Position numbers and translations under genes: made by a program. DNA of 64,000 nucleotides from Squalus acanthias (taxonomy: Eukaryota), in NCBI GenBank assembly GCA_030390025.1, contig CM059433.1, positions 24,120,001 through 24,184,000 on the forward strand, given 5' to 3'. Shown here piece after piece: positions 12,396 to 25,100 of the stretch. How positions within the stretch are numbered: position 1 is the stretch's first letter; each line of letters opens with the position of its first letter. The notes under the pieces were generated by a model, which did not search any database, was not told where the DNA came from, and saw nothing but the letters and a program-made list of their open reading frames with translations.

Positions 12396-12658
12396 TTTCA
12401 TATCTGTAATGACCATCCCCAGACCAAGTCCATGCAACAGCAGATGTACGTCCACTGCAGTAAGAACTTCTGTAAAGGCCATTTATAAGTTAGAGTTAAA
12501 AATTGTTCGGGCAGATAAGATCAGTCACACATTGACAGCATCTCATTAGTGTGTACTTATGACATAAAAGCTCTCCTGCATTATTGGAAGAAGAGCAGGG
12601 GAGTTTGCCTCAGTGTCCTGGCCAATATTTATTGCTCAACCAATACCTAAAACAGAAT

Positions 12659-13412
12659 GGCCCGGATTTTGTGGTCAGCGGCGAAGTAACGGAACTTGCC
12701 GTTCACTACGCTGACAACTGCCCACAGAGATTTCACAGGCTTTTGAGTGGAGAATTGCTCCCATCAGGCGTCTGATCCAGCGTAGCGCCCTCTACAGGGG
12801 ATCTATGATGTGTGTGAGCAGAGAAAGAAACATCGTGGCTCTTCAACTAATCAAATTGAAGAATCCTCACTGAGACACGTCTAAGCCAGGAATTATAAAT
12901 TAGATTTAAATCATGTACAGAAAGCGAAATAAAGATTGGGAAAGACAGATGGGATTAAGAGAGAGAGATAAAAGAGACACGCAAAAAATGTTTAAAAGAT
13001 TTTTTTTCAAATATCCAACAATAATTAAATTCTGAAGAAAGGAGACTCCACACTTGTAAAATTACATTTTCAGGGCCAGAGAGGTGGTTTGGCAGTAATT
13101 ATCACTTATCACGTCGTTAAAAATTCACTTACTCTTGAATGCACCAGCCCTAACTTTTTCTGGCATGTTTAATGGGGAACTAGTGGGTAAACACCGCAAC
13201 TTCACACCATTACATTGATTTCAATGCCGAAGCAATCGGCGAGATACTGTTACAGTGCACCCTGTGGAGGAGCGGGGTATCTCTGACAGAAACTTCTGGA
13301 TTTCCTCATTTAAATGCACATGTGTGGACACCAGAGGTTGCTGTCCAATTTACTCCTTAATAATGGTGAGCGCTGTTAGCCTCAACGTTATTATCAACGC
13401 AAAATCTGGGCC
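12659..13412. mobile_element. Harbinger-type MITE inserted in a Deu-SINE (SINE about 12560-13578)
   Basis: TIRs ggcccggattttg / caaaatctgggcc with 3-bp flanks aat/att. Removing it restores the SINE motif aaaacagattatctggtcatt. Confidence 0.75.
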
Positions 13413-14164
13413 ATTATCTGGTCATTATCATATTACTGTTAGTGGGAGCTTGCTGTGCGCAAATTGGCTGCTGAGTTTCCAACATTACAACAGTGACTAC
13501 CCTTCAAAAGTACTTCATTGGCCGTAAAGAGATTTTGGATCTGAGGTCCTGAAGGCGCTATATAATTACAAGTTGTGCGTTCATTCCTGTAGACAGCACT
13601 GTACAAAAAAAAAAATATTGGTCTCGGGTGCTGGTCCATCTATCATTCCCAAACAAAACTCAACCACAGTGGCAGTTTCCTTGCTATAAACATGACTGCT
13701 GATGTAAACCTCCCAGGCCTCAGGAATAACAGTTGAATCAATTGAACCCTTCATGATTTCTCACTAAACCAACAACAAGCATTCAATAGTACAGAAAATC
13801 CCTTGTAATTTTTGGACTTATTACGGTGGCCTCTAGTTAACAGCAAGGTAGGGTCATAGTGATGGAACCTGATGATTAATTGTATACCAGCCCAGACATG
13901 TTTCAATATCTTCCACATCTCCAAGCCACACGCCTCCTGGCTTTGCTGAAGAATTTCCTTTCCACTGTGAAGTTACAAGACAAAACAGATAACAATCGAT
14001 ACAGCAAACCATATCAATTTAACTTCTTATAAACTCTACGGGATTTTTTTTTGAAAACATTTTGTTGTTGCCAAAGTGTAGTACACATGAATTGTCAATT
14101 TCTATTTATGTGTCAATGAATATCCCAAAAGGATGAAGTGTTGGCCAATAGAATCATAGACAAT

Positions 14165-14537
14165 TACAACAACAACTTGTATTTATAATAGCACCTTTAA
14201 CGTAGTAAAACGTCTCAAGGCGCTTCACAGGAGTGTTATAAAACAAAATTTGACACCGAGCCACATAAGGAGAAATTCGGGCAGATGACCAAAAGGTTGG
14301 TCAAAGCAGTAGGTTTTAAGGAGCGTCTTAAAGGAGGAGAGAGGTAGAGAGGCATAGAGGTTTAGGGAGGGAATTCCAGAGCTTAGGGCCTTGGCAGCTG
14401 AAGGCACGGCCACCAATGGTGGAGCGATTAAAATCAGGGATGCTCAAGAGGCCAGAATTGGAGGAGCGCAGATATCTCAGGGGGGTGGGGCTGGAGGAGA
14501 TTACAGAGATAGGGAGGGGCGAGGCCATGGAGTGATT
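14165..14537 (-). mobile_element. L2 LINE 3' fragment
   Basis: Matches the L2 3' end (...PLRYLRSSNSGLLSIP...TIGGRAFSCQGPKLWNSLP) with its tail. Confidence 0.85.
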
Positions 14538-14669
14538 TACGGCATAGAATGAGGTCATTCGGCCAATGCCAAGCTGCATGTGGTTTTATTTTTCCTTCTG
14601 CCGTGTCCTCCTATTAACCTGCTCTTTTGAGCAGAAGAGCAGGACACCCGCAGGAAGGAAGCCACCCTT

Positions 14670-15700
14670 CTTCCCCCCCAATCGTAGCCAGACCCCCCTC
14701 CCTCCAATCATAGCCAAACTCCCCTCCCCCCCATCGTAGCCAGACCTCCCCTCCCCCGATCGTAGCCAGACCCCCCTCCCTCCAATCATAGCCAAACTCC
14801 CCTCCCCCCCAATCGTAGCCAAACTCCCCTCCCCCCCGATCGTAGCCAAACTCCCCTCCCCCGATCGTAGCCAAACTCCCCTCCCCCCCGATCGTAGCCA
14901 AACTCCCCTCCCCCGATCGTAGCCAAACTCCCCTCCCCCCCGATCGTAGCCAAACTCCCCTCCCCCGATCGTAGCCAAACTCCCCTCCCCCCCGATCGTA
15001 GCCAAACTCCCCTCCCCCCGATCGTAGCCAAACTCCCCTCCCCCCCGATCGTAGCCAAACTCCCCTCCCCCCCCCGATCGTAGCCAAACTCCCCTCCCCC
15101 CCGATCATAGCCAAACTCCTCTCCCCCCAATCGTAGCCAGACCCCCTCCCCCCTGATTGTAGCCAGACCTCCTCCCACGATCGTATCCAGACCCCCCTCC
15201 CCAATCATAGCCAAACTCCCCTCCCCCGATCGTAGCCAGACCCCCTCCCCCCTGATTGTAGCCAGACCTCCTCCCACGATCGTATCCAGACCCCCTCCCC
15301 AATCATAACCAAACTCCCCTCGCCCCGATCGTAGCCAGACCCCCTCCCCCCTGATTGTAGCCAGACCTCCTCCCACGATCGTATCCAGACCCCCCTCTCC
15401 CAATCATAGCCAGACCCCCTCCCCCAATCATAGCCAGACCCCCTCCCCCAATCATAGCCAGACCCCCCTCCCCAATCATAGCCAGACCCCCTCCCCCAAT
15501 CATAGCCAGACCCCCTCCCCCAATGATAGCCAGACCACATCCCCCGATCATAGCCAGACCCCCTCCCCCGATCATAGCCAGACCCCCTCCCCCGATCATA
15601 GCCAGACCCCCTCCCCCAATCATAGCCAGACCCCCTCCCCCGATCATAGCCAGACCCCCTCCCCCGATCATAGCCAGACCCCCCTCCCCCGATCATAGTC
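14670..15700. repeat. C-rich/G-rich minisatellite (about 24-31 bp units: cgatcgtagccaaactcccctccccc, then aatcatagccagaccccctccccc)
   Basis: Directly visible tandem units with variable C-run length and a higher-order block at about 15120-15410. Confidence 0.95.
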
Positions 15701-17021
15701 AGATCTCTGTGAGTGAACACTTGGAAAAGCTAGTCGTTTTAAAGGGTTACGGACAAAAAGCGGGGATGTGGGACTAAGCATGACTGCTCTTTCAAAGAGC
15801 CAGCACAGGCACGACGGACCGAATGGCCTCCTACGCTGTAAGTTTCGATGATTCTATGACAGTCAGGATGGATTTAGGATGGGGAGGTCATGCTTAACTA
15901 ATATGCTGGACTTTTCCAAAGGTATTACTGGATTTTCAGAAAGCTTGTGACAAGATTCCACATTGACAACTGTTACAATGCCTGCTCCGCCGTACAGACC
16001 TTCTTGCGTTCAGTCGCACCCACAGCTCTTACTCATATGGCAATTGACTCACACTGTCCTATATCTACTTGAATGAGAGTGTAACCCAGGTGTGTAACAA
16101 TAATACCCCTTTGTGACCATAACCAGATAGTTATGCCTTTCGCACATGCTCGCACAGGCCTGTGCAATCTTTCTGAAGGCAGACTGAGAAACACTTAGTA
16201 AGAAGATACCTGATATAAAATCAACAAGCTGCTTTATTTCACAGTAAGATGAACCGCTATGATCAGACTCAATTAAATCAATCAATACAACTTATCTTTG
16301 AGTAATAATACAAAATAAACATGTTTTTCCACAACATTCAGCCATCTTACTTGACTTAAACAGAATGGCTTCTAACTGTCTTCTAGTGTTTCTTGGTAAA
16401 AACCCTCACAGCTTTTCATTAAAAACCTGACTGACCAAGTCAGTCCTTGTTCCCCCGCTTTCCTATCCCAACAGGAAATTGGAGCTTAGTACCTGACCAC
16501 TCCCTTGTTCCAGGGTTGGCTGCACAAGCTGCTAATCAAACCTGCTACACACCACCCTCCCTTTGTAGCTTGTTTCATACTTTTAGGATGGCACCACAAG
16601 AAGGGACGTTCTAAACCCTACAGTATGAATGTTTGCTGGGAGCCCCAGAGATGAAATAACCACCCCTTATCATCCCCAATTGTCACGGGTAACAGTATCA
16701 ATGTCAGGCTTTTAAACACAATTTTCCAATGCCTGCAGCCTATTACCTCTATTTTTAAATGTGTGTGAATTTGCTTTTTTTAAACCCAGCACTTAAATGT
16801 AACTATTTTCCAAATCCTTTCACGGGAAATAAGGTAAAAAGAAAAATTCTGAATTGTGAGAGCCACTAATAGCTATGCTAAATATGCACAGAATAGTAAT
16901 TGAAATATAGCATGAATAGATAATTGGCTTAAAAACACAAGACATTTGCCATAAATAACCATCTTTAAGGTTAGAAAGAGGTTATAAGTGGATACCCCAA
17001 AGGTTGGTCTTGAGACTCTTG

Positions 17022-18662
17022 GGGCTAGAAATTCGTTATAGCCAAGAAAAGGGCAATGTTTAGACAAAAATGGTTAATTAGCGCCAGTTGAAAATCGTCT
17101 AGCCTGCACGCAAAATTCGCCCTCCTCCTCATTAAAATGATTGCAGTCATGATTCTCGTCTAAAAACCCAAGCTCATTGGTGCTACATTGAAAAGATGGA
17201 CCAATATTGGGGGTAGTCTAAACGCAAGTAATGATCGCCACAGGCTTTTTTCACTACTTAGAGGGGAGGTTCATTGATGCTGCAGCACTTCATTGTCAGC
17301 ATTGTTGGGTGTGCAGTTGCCTCAACAACCATAAGAAGAAGGACAATGAGAAGGAGCACTTATTTACAAATCCTGATGGCAGATTGCCGCCCCAGGGAGA
17401 GAGCCCGGAGGTTTTTGGATGAAGCTTTGGAGGCATTGATTTTAGCGGTGGAGAGAAGGCGGGTGGTCCTGTACCCTTCAACTGGCAGGAGGCCCTCGCC
17501 ACAAGTCTGCCGGACTATGTGGAGGGAGGTGGCACACCATGTCATGGGCAGCACTGTGTTCCCCAGGACCCACACCCAGTGCAGGAGGAAGTTTAACGAC
17601 CTCACACGGGTGGTCAGGATGAGTGAATGCTTCAACAAATGCTACATACCACCATCTGTACCACAAGCTTCACACACTGCTCAATGCACCACACCCCCCC
17701 AGCACTCACCCACCAACAATCTCTACCTAGCAACACTCACACCCACATCTCACACCTTGCACACAATGACAGCTATTCAGGCACAAGGGTCATTACTTAT
17801 TAGAATTCATATGATATGTGTGATATGTTTATAGATACATTTATTAAGTGTGTTTGGAATATTTTGTGGTCTCTCTCATTTCACCTTTGCATCCAGGAGG
17901 ACACTGTGATATGCCATCAGACAGGGATTGTATGATGGGGATGTGGTGAGCTACGGGGATCTGGGGTTTCACTCATGTGAATCGGAGTCTGATGAGCCGG
18001 TCACGGACAGCCCATCCAGAAGGCTAATTGTCTCACAGCCTCCTCCCTCCCTCCTGTTCGTCCTCCTCCTCATCCTCCTCTGCCTCCACCTCTTCCTCCT
18101 CATCCTCCTCTGCCTCATCGTCCTCCTGAGGTAATCCCGCAATCCCGCAGACCCTATGACTGTGAGGAAATGTTGTGAGCAGAAACCTTTAACAAATGAT
18201 AAGTGACTTCTGCACTTGAATCAACACTCCATGTCACCAAAAAAACATGAAATAACTAAAGAAAGCTGTTTCAGTTGCAGGAAGTAGCAAACAGCCACTG
18301 AAACTGCAGAACCATGTTAGTTGGAGCTGATTGGGGATGGTGCCTTTAAATATCGCTGCTTCAGCCTGCTTCCTGCTGGTAGACACCAGCTCTCTCTGTC
18401 GTTGTTCTGCGCTGCCATTAAGGTAAGTGGCTATAACGAAGTTGGGAGATTGGACGTCCAGTGAGCGTTGCACACGCACTGACGTCACAATCTCCATGAT
18501 GGCGAGATCCCTGGTGATCGAGTTTACTGACAGCGCTACCAGCACCACCGATATGGCGTGCAGCGCTGGAACCAGCATCAGCTGTCGTGACAGCTGTCAA
18601 CGGCATTTTAGCGCCATCTTGTGGCACTAACGTGTGGCGCAAACCACACGAATTTCTCCCCC
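17022..18662 (+). mobile_element. non-autonomous Harbinger element (family A, copy 1)
   Basis: TIRs gggctagaaattcg / cgaatttctccccc with 3-bp TSD TTG (17019-21, 18663-65). Myb exon on +. Transposase C-terminal remnant (RAVRDRLIRLRF*) on -. Confidence 0.85.
17376..17834 (+). CDS. stand-alone Myb/SANT-like domain ORF (152 aa) of a Harbinger derivative
   Basis: MADCRPRERARRFLDEALEALILAVERRR...MWREVA...RTHTQCRRKFNDL is homologous to exon 1 at 35865-36101. The splice donor is mutated (AGG|ATGAGT), so it reads through. Confidence 0.55.
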   Translation: MADCRPRERARRFLDEALEALILAVERRRVVLYPSTGRRPSPQVCRTMWREVAHHVMGSTVFPRTHTQCRRKFNDLTRVVRMSECFNKCYIPPSVPQASHTAQCTTPPQHSPTNNLYLATLTPTSHTLHTMTAIQAQGSLLIRIHMICVICL

Positions 18663-19880
18663 TTGACATTTATACACACATATTTGAGATATATTTCTAT
18701 TGTGTATGTAAATGATTTGGATAAGGATATCTTAAGTAAGAAAGATAAAGAGGAGGAGAAGAAATAATGAGGAACAATGGAGCCCAAAACATGACATTTG
18801 GATGTTTTAGTGGCCACGCACAAATTGGCATAGGGACAAACAGATTAAAGGTTTAAATGCGTGGCTCAACGAGTGATGTGGGAGGAAGGGGTTTCAGTTC
18901 ATGGGGCACTGGCACCAGTGCTGGGGAAAGAGGGAGCTGTTCCATTGGGACGGGCTCCACTTAAACTGGGCTGGGACCAGTGTCCTGGCGAACCGAATAA
19001 CTAGGGCAGTAGACAGGGCTTTAAACTAATGAAGGGAGGGTGGGAGGATTCAGGAAAAAGTAAATTTAAACGCAGCAAGGGAAATGTCAAGGCTCTAGAG
19101 CAGAGTAGAGTTTTGGGTAAAAATAAACAAAGTGGGTCAGGAAGGGACAGAGAGAGTAACAAAGGTAATAAGGCATCAGTGACTAAGATGACATCAGGGA
19201 AAAATAAGTCAAAGCTAAAGGCACTATATCTGAATGCACGAAACATTCACAACAAAATAGATGAATTAATAGTGCAGATAGAAATTAACAGGTTTGATCT
19301 AATAGCCATAACGAAGATGTGGTTGTAAAGTGGCCATGGTTGGGAACTAAATATTTCAGGATACATAACTTTTAGAAGAGATAGGCAAAATGGAAAAGGA
19401 GGAGGGGTAGCCATGGTAATAAAGGATGGGATAAAGACAGTAGAGAGAAAGGATCTTAGCTCCGAAAATAAAGAAATAGAATCAGTTTGGGTGGAGCTAA
19501 GAAACAGCAAGGGACAGGAAACATTGGTGGGAGTCGTTTATAGGCCCCCAAACAGTAGTTGTAATGTAGGGCAGAGTATAAATCAGGAAATTAGAGGTGC
19601 ATGCAACAAGGGTAATACAGTGATCATGGGGGACTTTAATCTACATATAGACTGGGCAAACCCTACTGAAGGAAAAAATAGAAGAACATCTAGAAACCAA
19701 AAATATATTAATGAATAGTCAACATGGATTTCAAAAGGGAAAGTCTTGCTTGACAAATCTTATTGCACTTTTTGAAGAGGTAACAGAGAGAGTAGACAAT
19801 GGAAATGCAGTATACAGGAAACTTTCGTTTATCCGGCACCCAAATATCCGGAATTCTCGCTTAACCGGCAAAAATCATCC

Positions 19881-20320
19881 TCCGAAAACTCCTCTCAAAT
19901 AACCGGCAATGTTGCCGAGTCGCAGTCGAGTCTCCGCGAACGCCGAGTGCTCCGAAAACTCCTCTCAAATAACCGGCAATGTTGCCGATCCCGTGTCCGA
20001 GTCCGAGTCCGCGAACGCCGATTTAGTCAGTAGGGGTACTTTTCAAAAGTGCCACTACTCGGCCTCCTGGCGCTGTCGCAAGTCCGAAACATTGCAGTAG
20101 CAGGAGTAGATTCTCCCACGATGCTGGTAGTCTCTTCTGATCATCCATTTTGCTGTGTGTCTCCCACGCTGCTGGTACTGTAGTCTCTTCTGATACACCA
20201 TTTTGCTGTGTGTCTCCCACGCTGCTGGTACTGTAGTCTCTTCTGATACACCATTTTGCTGTGTGTCTGCCACGCTGCTGGTAGTCTCTTCCTAGCCACC
20301 ATTGTTCTGTGTGTCTTTCC
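19881..20320 (+). repeat. internal direct repeats in the Tigger 5' UTR (70-bp period pair; about 53-bp tandem units)
   Basis: tccgaaaactcctctcaaataaccggcaatgttgccga at 19881 and 19951. ccattttgctgtgtgtctcccacgctgctggtactgtagtctcttctgataca repeats from 20145. Confidence 0.85.
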
Positions 20321-20355
20321 ATCTTCATTGGCAATTATCTCCTCCATCTTGCATT

Positions 20356-22128
20356 ATGGAATTCCCAAAAGCTGGTCCAAGCAAAAGGAAGAGAGTGGTC
20401 TTAACTTTAAAACAGAAAATCGAGATATGCCAACGACTAGAAAGGGGAGAGAAGCGTATCAACATTATGAATGAATTCAAAATCGGTTCGTCAACAATCT
20501 ACGACATCAAATCGCAGAAGGATAAGCTGCTCAAGTTTTATTCAAGCTCGGAGACATGCAAGAGTGTAGAGAAACGGCGTACGCTTCGTAAGCCTAAGCT
20601 TGAAGAGCTGGATACCGTGCTTTATGAATGGTTTTCTCTTAAGCGTTCAGAGGGTGTTCCAATTTCCGGACCCATGCTAATCGAGAAAGCAAAGGATTTC
20701 TACGAAAGGATGGAGCTCACTCACAAGTGTGCTTTCTCCGATGGATGGCTAACGTGCTTCAAGTTACGGCACGGGATACGACGACTCGATATTTCCGGGG
20801 AGAAGAAATCAGCTGATCACGAAGCCGCAGAAGAATACTGCGATTATTTCAGTCGGATTGTGCAGCAACATGATTTGTCGCCAGCACAGATCTACAATGC
20901 CGATGAAACTGGCTGGTTTTGGAGGTTTTTGCCAGAATCAACGCTTGCTGGGGCTAGTGAGGCTAATGCTTCAGGTTACAAGAAAAATAAAGATCGTGTA
21001 ACCGTGCTAACATGTGCGAACGCCGCTGGATCACACCGGGTTAAACTTCTTGTTATCGGGAAGTATAAAAATCCCCGTGCATTTAAAAATGTGAGGCACT
21101 TACCTGTTGAGTACAAAGCTCAAAAAAATGCTTGGATGGATAAGGAAATCTTCTCCGATTGGTTCCATCATATTTTTGTTCCATCTGTGAAGGAACATTT
21201 CCGCAGAATAGGGAAACCTGAAGATAGCAAATGCATTTTATTGCTTGATAATTGCAGAGCCCATCCGCATGAATCCCAGTTGGTTTTGGGAAATATTTTC
21301 ACCATTTATTTGCCACCAAATGTAACTTCTCTCATCCAACCCATGGACCAGGGCGTTATCCAAAATCTGAAGTGTCATTACAAGAAAGACTTCCTACGTA
21401 AACTGCTAAGCCAAGATGAGAATATTCAAGATTTGCAGAAGGAATACAATATTAAAGATGCCATCTATAATGTTGCATGTTCCTGGAAATTGGTGAAAGG
21501 TCACACTCTGAGGCAAGCCTGGCGCAAATTGTGGCCTTCTGTAATGTTTGCTGAAGGTTCTTCTTCAGAGGAGGAATTTCATGGGTTCAGTGTTCGTCCC
21601 AAGAAGAGTACAATAATGGAAATGGCTGGAATGGTGAAAAATGCAGGCCCAGCAAACCCTCTACGTCACCTCAGTGAAAGTGATATCGAGCAGTGGGTTG
21701 ATGCAGATAGAGAAGTTGGTGTTGTGCATATGCTAAGTGATGATGAAATAATTCAGAATGTTTTGAATCCAAAGAAAGAAAAGGAAAGCGAGATGGAAAG
21801 TGAAGAGGATGAGATTTCTGAAGAAGAGAAGATTTCTTGGGCTAAAGCTGCAGAAGGATTTTCTACAATCCTCAAATTTACTGAAAGGCAGAATTGCTAC
21901 TCTGCACAAGAAGTTATGCAACTCCATATTCTGCATTCCACCTTTCTACAGAAAAGGCAAGAGTCCACTAAGCAAACCGACATCCGCAACATGTTTAAGA
22001 AAGCTTCCAAAAGAGTCGCAGCAGCGGAAGTGCCTGAAGAATCTGTGGCATCGGTGGAACTGCGTGATCCTGATGACCCAGCTGGCACGGATACGGATAT
22101 TTCTGATGAACCAGATGACTCGGAATAA
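20356..22128 (+). CDS. pogo/Tigger transposase (CENP-B/Jerky/TIGD-like), 590 aa from first in-frame ATG
   Basis: N-terminal HTH-psq ([15 protein letters not shown]) and CENP-B HTH (LYEWF...[11 protein letters not shown]...FSDGWL). Catalytic triad YNADETG / LLLDNCRAH / IQPMDQG with 32 residues between the 2nd and 3rd D. Acidic tail, no stops. Confidence 0.95.
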   Translation: MEFPKAGPSKRKRVVLTLKQKIEICQRLERGEKRINIMNEFKIGSSTIYDIKSQKDKLLKFYSSSETCKSVEKRRTLRKPKLEELDTVLYEWFSLKRSEGVPISGPMLIEKAKDFYERMELTHKCAFSDGWLTCFKLRHGIRRLDISGEKKSADHEAAEEYCDYFSRIVQQHDLSPAQIYNADETGWFWRFLPESTLAGASEANASGYKKNKDRVTVLTCANAAGSHRVKLLVIGKYKNPRAFKNVRHLPVEYKAQKNAWMDKEIFSDWFHHIFVPSVKEHFRRIGKPEDSKCILLLDNCRAHPHESQLVLGNIFTIYLPPNVTSLIQPMDQGVIQNLKCHYKKDFLRKLLSQDENIQDLQKEYNIKDAIYNVACSWKLVKGHTLRQAWRKLWPSVMFAEGSSSEEEFHGFSVRPKKSTIMEMAGMVKNAGPANPLRHLSESDIEQWVDADREVGVVHMLSDDEIIQNVLNPKKEKESEMESEEDEISEEEKISWAKAAEGFSTILKFTERQNCYSAQEVMQLHILHSTFLQKRQESTKQTDIRNMFKKASKRVAAAEVPEESVASVELRDPDDPAGTDTDISDEPDDSE

Positions 22129-25100
22129 GTGTACAGTCAATTACAGTACTGTAGACAGTCGTTTATAAGTTTTGTTTTACTGTTAAGTAATTAAAGAGTT
22201 ATGGATTACCCTCAACTGGCAGTACTGTACTTAATCAAGCATCTTCCACTATCCATTTAACACAACATTCTGTAGGTGAGTACCCAAATACTGTATACTG
22301 CACATTTCTTGATTTTTTTATGTTAAAAATAGCCTCGGTAGATATAACTCTCCGTTATCCGGTACTTTCGATAAACCGGCACCACGCCGGTCCCGTCGAT
22401 GCCGGATAAACGAAAGTTTCCTGTATGTAATTTAACTGGATTTTCAAAAGGCCTTCGATAAGGTACCCCATAATAGTCTGATGAACAAGGTGAGAATGCG
22501 GAGTCAGGGGACAAGTAGCAGAATGGATTGCTGGCTAGCTTCAGGACAGAAAGCAGAGAGTAGGAGTAAAGGGTAGCTATTCACAGTGGCAGAAGGTGGG
22601 TAGTGGTGTTCCACAAGGATCAGTACTGGGTCCACTGCTGTTCACAATTTACATTAACGATTTAGACTTAGGAATCAAAAACACAATTTCTAAATTTGCG
22701 GACGACACCAAATTGGGGGTGATAGTCAATACCGAGAAGGACTGCAACAAGTTACAGGAGGACATCAATAAACTTGCAGAATGGGCATATAATTGGCAAA
22801 TGAAGTTCAACACAGATAAATGTGAGGTATTACATTTTGGTAGGAAGGATAGGGAGGTCACTTATCACTTGGAGGGTGCAAGTCTAGGTGGGGTAGTGGA
22901 ACAAAGGGATCTAGGAGTACAAATACACAAATCACTAAAAGTTGTGACATAGGTTAGCAAGGCCATAAAAAAAGCAAACCAAGCACTAGGGTTTATTTCT
23001 AGAGGGATATAATTGAAAAGTAGGGAAGTTCTGCTAAACCTGTATCGAACCTTGGTTAGACCACACTTAGAGTACTGCGTACAGTTTTGGTCACCAAATT
23101 ATAAAAAGGATATACAGGCACTGGAGAGGGTGCAGAGAAGATTTACAAGGATGACACCAGAAATGCGAGGGTATACACAGGAAAGGATGAACAGGCTGGG
23201 TCTCTTTTCTCTTGAAAAAAGAAGGCTGAGGGGTGACCTAATTGAGGTCTATAAAATGAAGAAAAATTTTGATAGAGTGGATACAAAGAGAATGTTTCCA
23301 CTTGTGGGGAAGAGCATAACTAGAGGCCATCAACATAAGATAGTCACCAAGAAATACAATAGGGAATTCAGAAGAAACTTCTTTACCCAAAGAGTGGTGA
23401 GAATGTGAGAAGCATTTAAGGGGAGTCTAGACAAGCATATGAGGGAGAAGGGAATAGAGGGTTCTGCTGAAAGATTTAGATGAGAAAAGTTGGGAGGAGG
23501 TTCATGTGGAGCATAATGCCAGCATGGACTGGTTGGGCCGAATGGCCTGTTTCTGTGCCGTATATCCTATGTAGACTGGGCAAACCAAATTTGCAGTAAT
23601 AGTGTGGGGGATGAATTCAAGAATGTATGCAAGATAGTTTTCTAGATCAGTATGTTAAGGAACCAACTAGGGAACAGGCTATTTTAGATCTAGTATTGTG
23701 CAATGAGAAAGGGTTAATTAATAACCTTGCAGTAAAGGGGCATTTAGGGAAGAGTGACCATAACATGATAGAATTTTATATTGAGTTTGAAAGTGATTTA
23801 GTTAAATCCAAAACTAGGGTCTTAAATCTAAACAAAGCAAACTACATGGTATGAGGGGGCGAGTTGGCTTTGGTAGATTGGGAAACTACATTAAATGGTG
23901 TGATGGTAGACAAGTAATGGCTAGCATTTAAAGAATTAATACATAATTTACAACAAATATACATTCCTTTAAGGCACAAAAACCCCACAGGAAAAGTGGT
24001 CCAACCATGGCTAACAAGAGAATTTAAGGATAGTATTAGATCAAAGGAAGAGGCTTATAATGTTGCCAAAAAGAGTAGTAAGCCTGAGGATTGGGAGAAT
24101 TTTAGAATTCAGCAAAGGAGGACCAAGAAATTGATAAAGAAAGGGAAAATAGAATATGAGAGTAACTAGCGAGAGACATAAAAACAGATTGTAAAAGCTT
24201 CTATAGGTATGTAAAAAGGAAAAGATTAGCGAAAGTAAATGTGGGTCCCTTACAGGCTGAGACAGGAGAAATTATAATGGGGAATAAGGAAATGGCAGAG
24301 AAATTAAACAAATACTTTGTGTGTGTCTTCACGGAAGAAGACGCAAAAAACTTCCCGGAAATAGTGGAAAACCAAGGATCTAGCGAGAATGAGGAACTGA
24401 AAGAAATTAGTATTAGTAAAATAATAGTACTGGAGAAACTAATGGGACTGAAAGCCAATAAATCCCCTGGACCTGATGGCCTACATCCTAGGGATTTGAA
24501 AGAGGTGGCTATACAGATAGTGGATGCATTGGTTGTCATTTTCCAAAATTCCATAGATTCTGGAATGGTTCCCGCAGATTGGAAGGTAACAAATGTAACC
24601 CCACTATTTAAGAAAGGAGGGAGAGAGAAAACGGGGAACTACAGACCAGTTAGCCTGACATCAGTAGTAGGGAAAATGCTAAAATCTATTATTAAGGGCG
24701 TGGTAACAGGGCACTTCGAAAATAATAATAGGATTGGGCAGAGTCAACATGGATTTATGAAAGGGAAATCGTGTTTGACAAATCTGTTAGAATTTTTTGA
24801 GGTTGTAACTAACAGAATAGATAAGGGGGAACCAGTGGATGTGGTCTATTTGGATTTTCAGAAGGCATTCGATAAGGTGCCACACAAGAGGTTATTAAAC
24901 AAAATTAGGGCTCATGGGATTGGGGGTAACATACTAGCATGGATTGAGGATTGGTTAACAGACAGAAAACAGAGAGTAGGAATAAGCGGGCCATTTTCAG
25001 GTTGGCAGGCTGTAACTAGTGGGGGTACCGCAAGGATTAGTGCTTGGGCCTCAGCTATTCACAATCTACATCAATGATTTGGATGAGGGGACTAAATGTA

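Larger units (their letters stand above)
19815..22423 (+). mobile_element. full-length pogo/Tigger (Tc1-mariner superfamily) DNA transposon
   Basis: Perfect 24-bp TIRs CAGGAAACTTTCGTTTATCCGGCA, TA TSD (19813-14, 22424-25) and a single long transposase ORF. Confidence 0.95.
19663..23571 (+). mobile_element. 5'-truncated CR1 nested inside the CR1 above, itself split by Tigger
   Basis: 15-bp TSD tagactgggcaaacc at 19648-19662 and 23572-23586. RT motifs [15 protein letters not shown] and [10 protein letters not shown]...FADDTKL. Confidence 0.85.

Noticed and set aside
14670..15700. CRISPR-like regular repeats
   Set aside because: No unique spacers, no cas genes, and a eukaryotic context.
14586..15777. 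Gly/Arg-rich ORFs (GGEGSLAT, RGRGSGYD repeats)
   Set aside because: Translations of a minisatellite that are open in several frames. Variable C-run lengths break any consistent frame.
20356..22128. domesticated TIGD/JRK host gene
   Set aside because: Flanked by perfect TIRs and a TA TSD inside a LINE, so it is a transposon copy.
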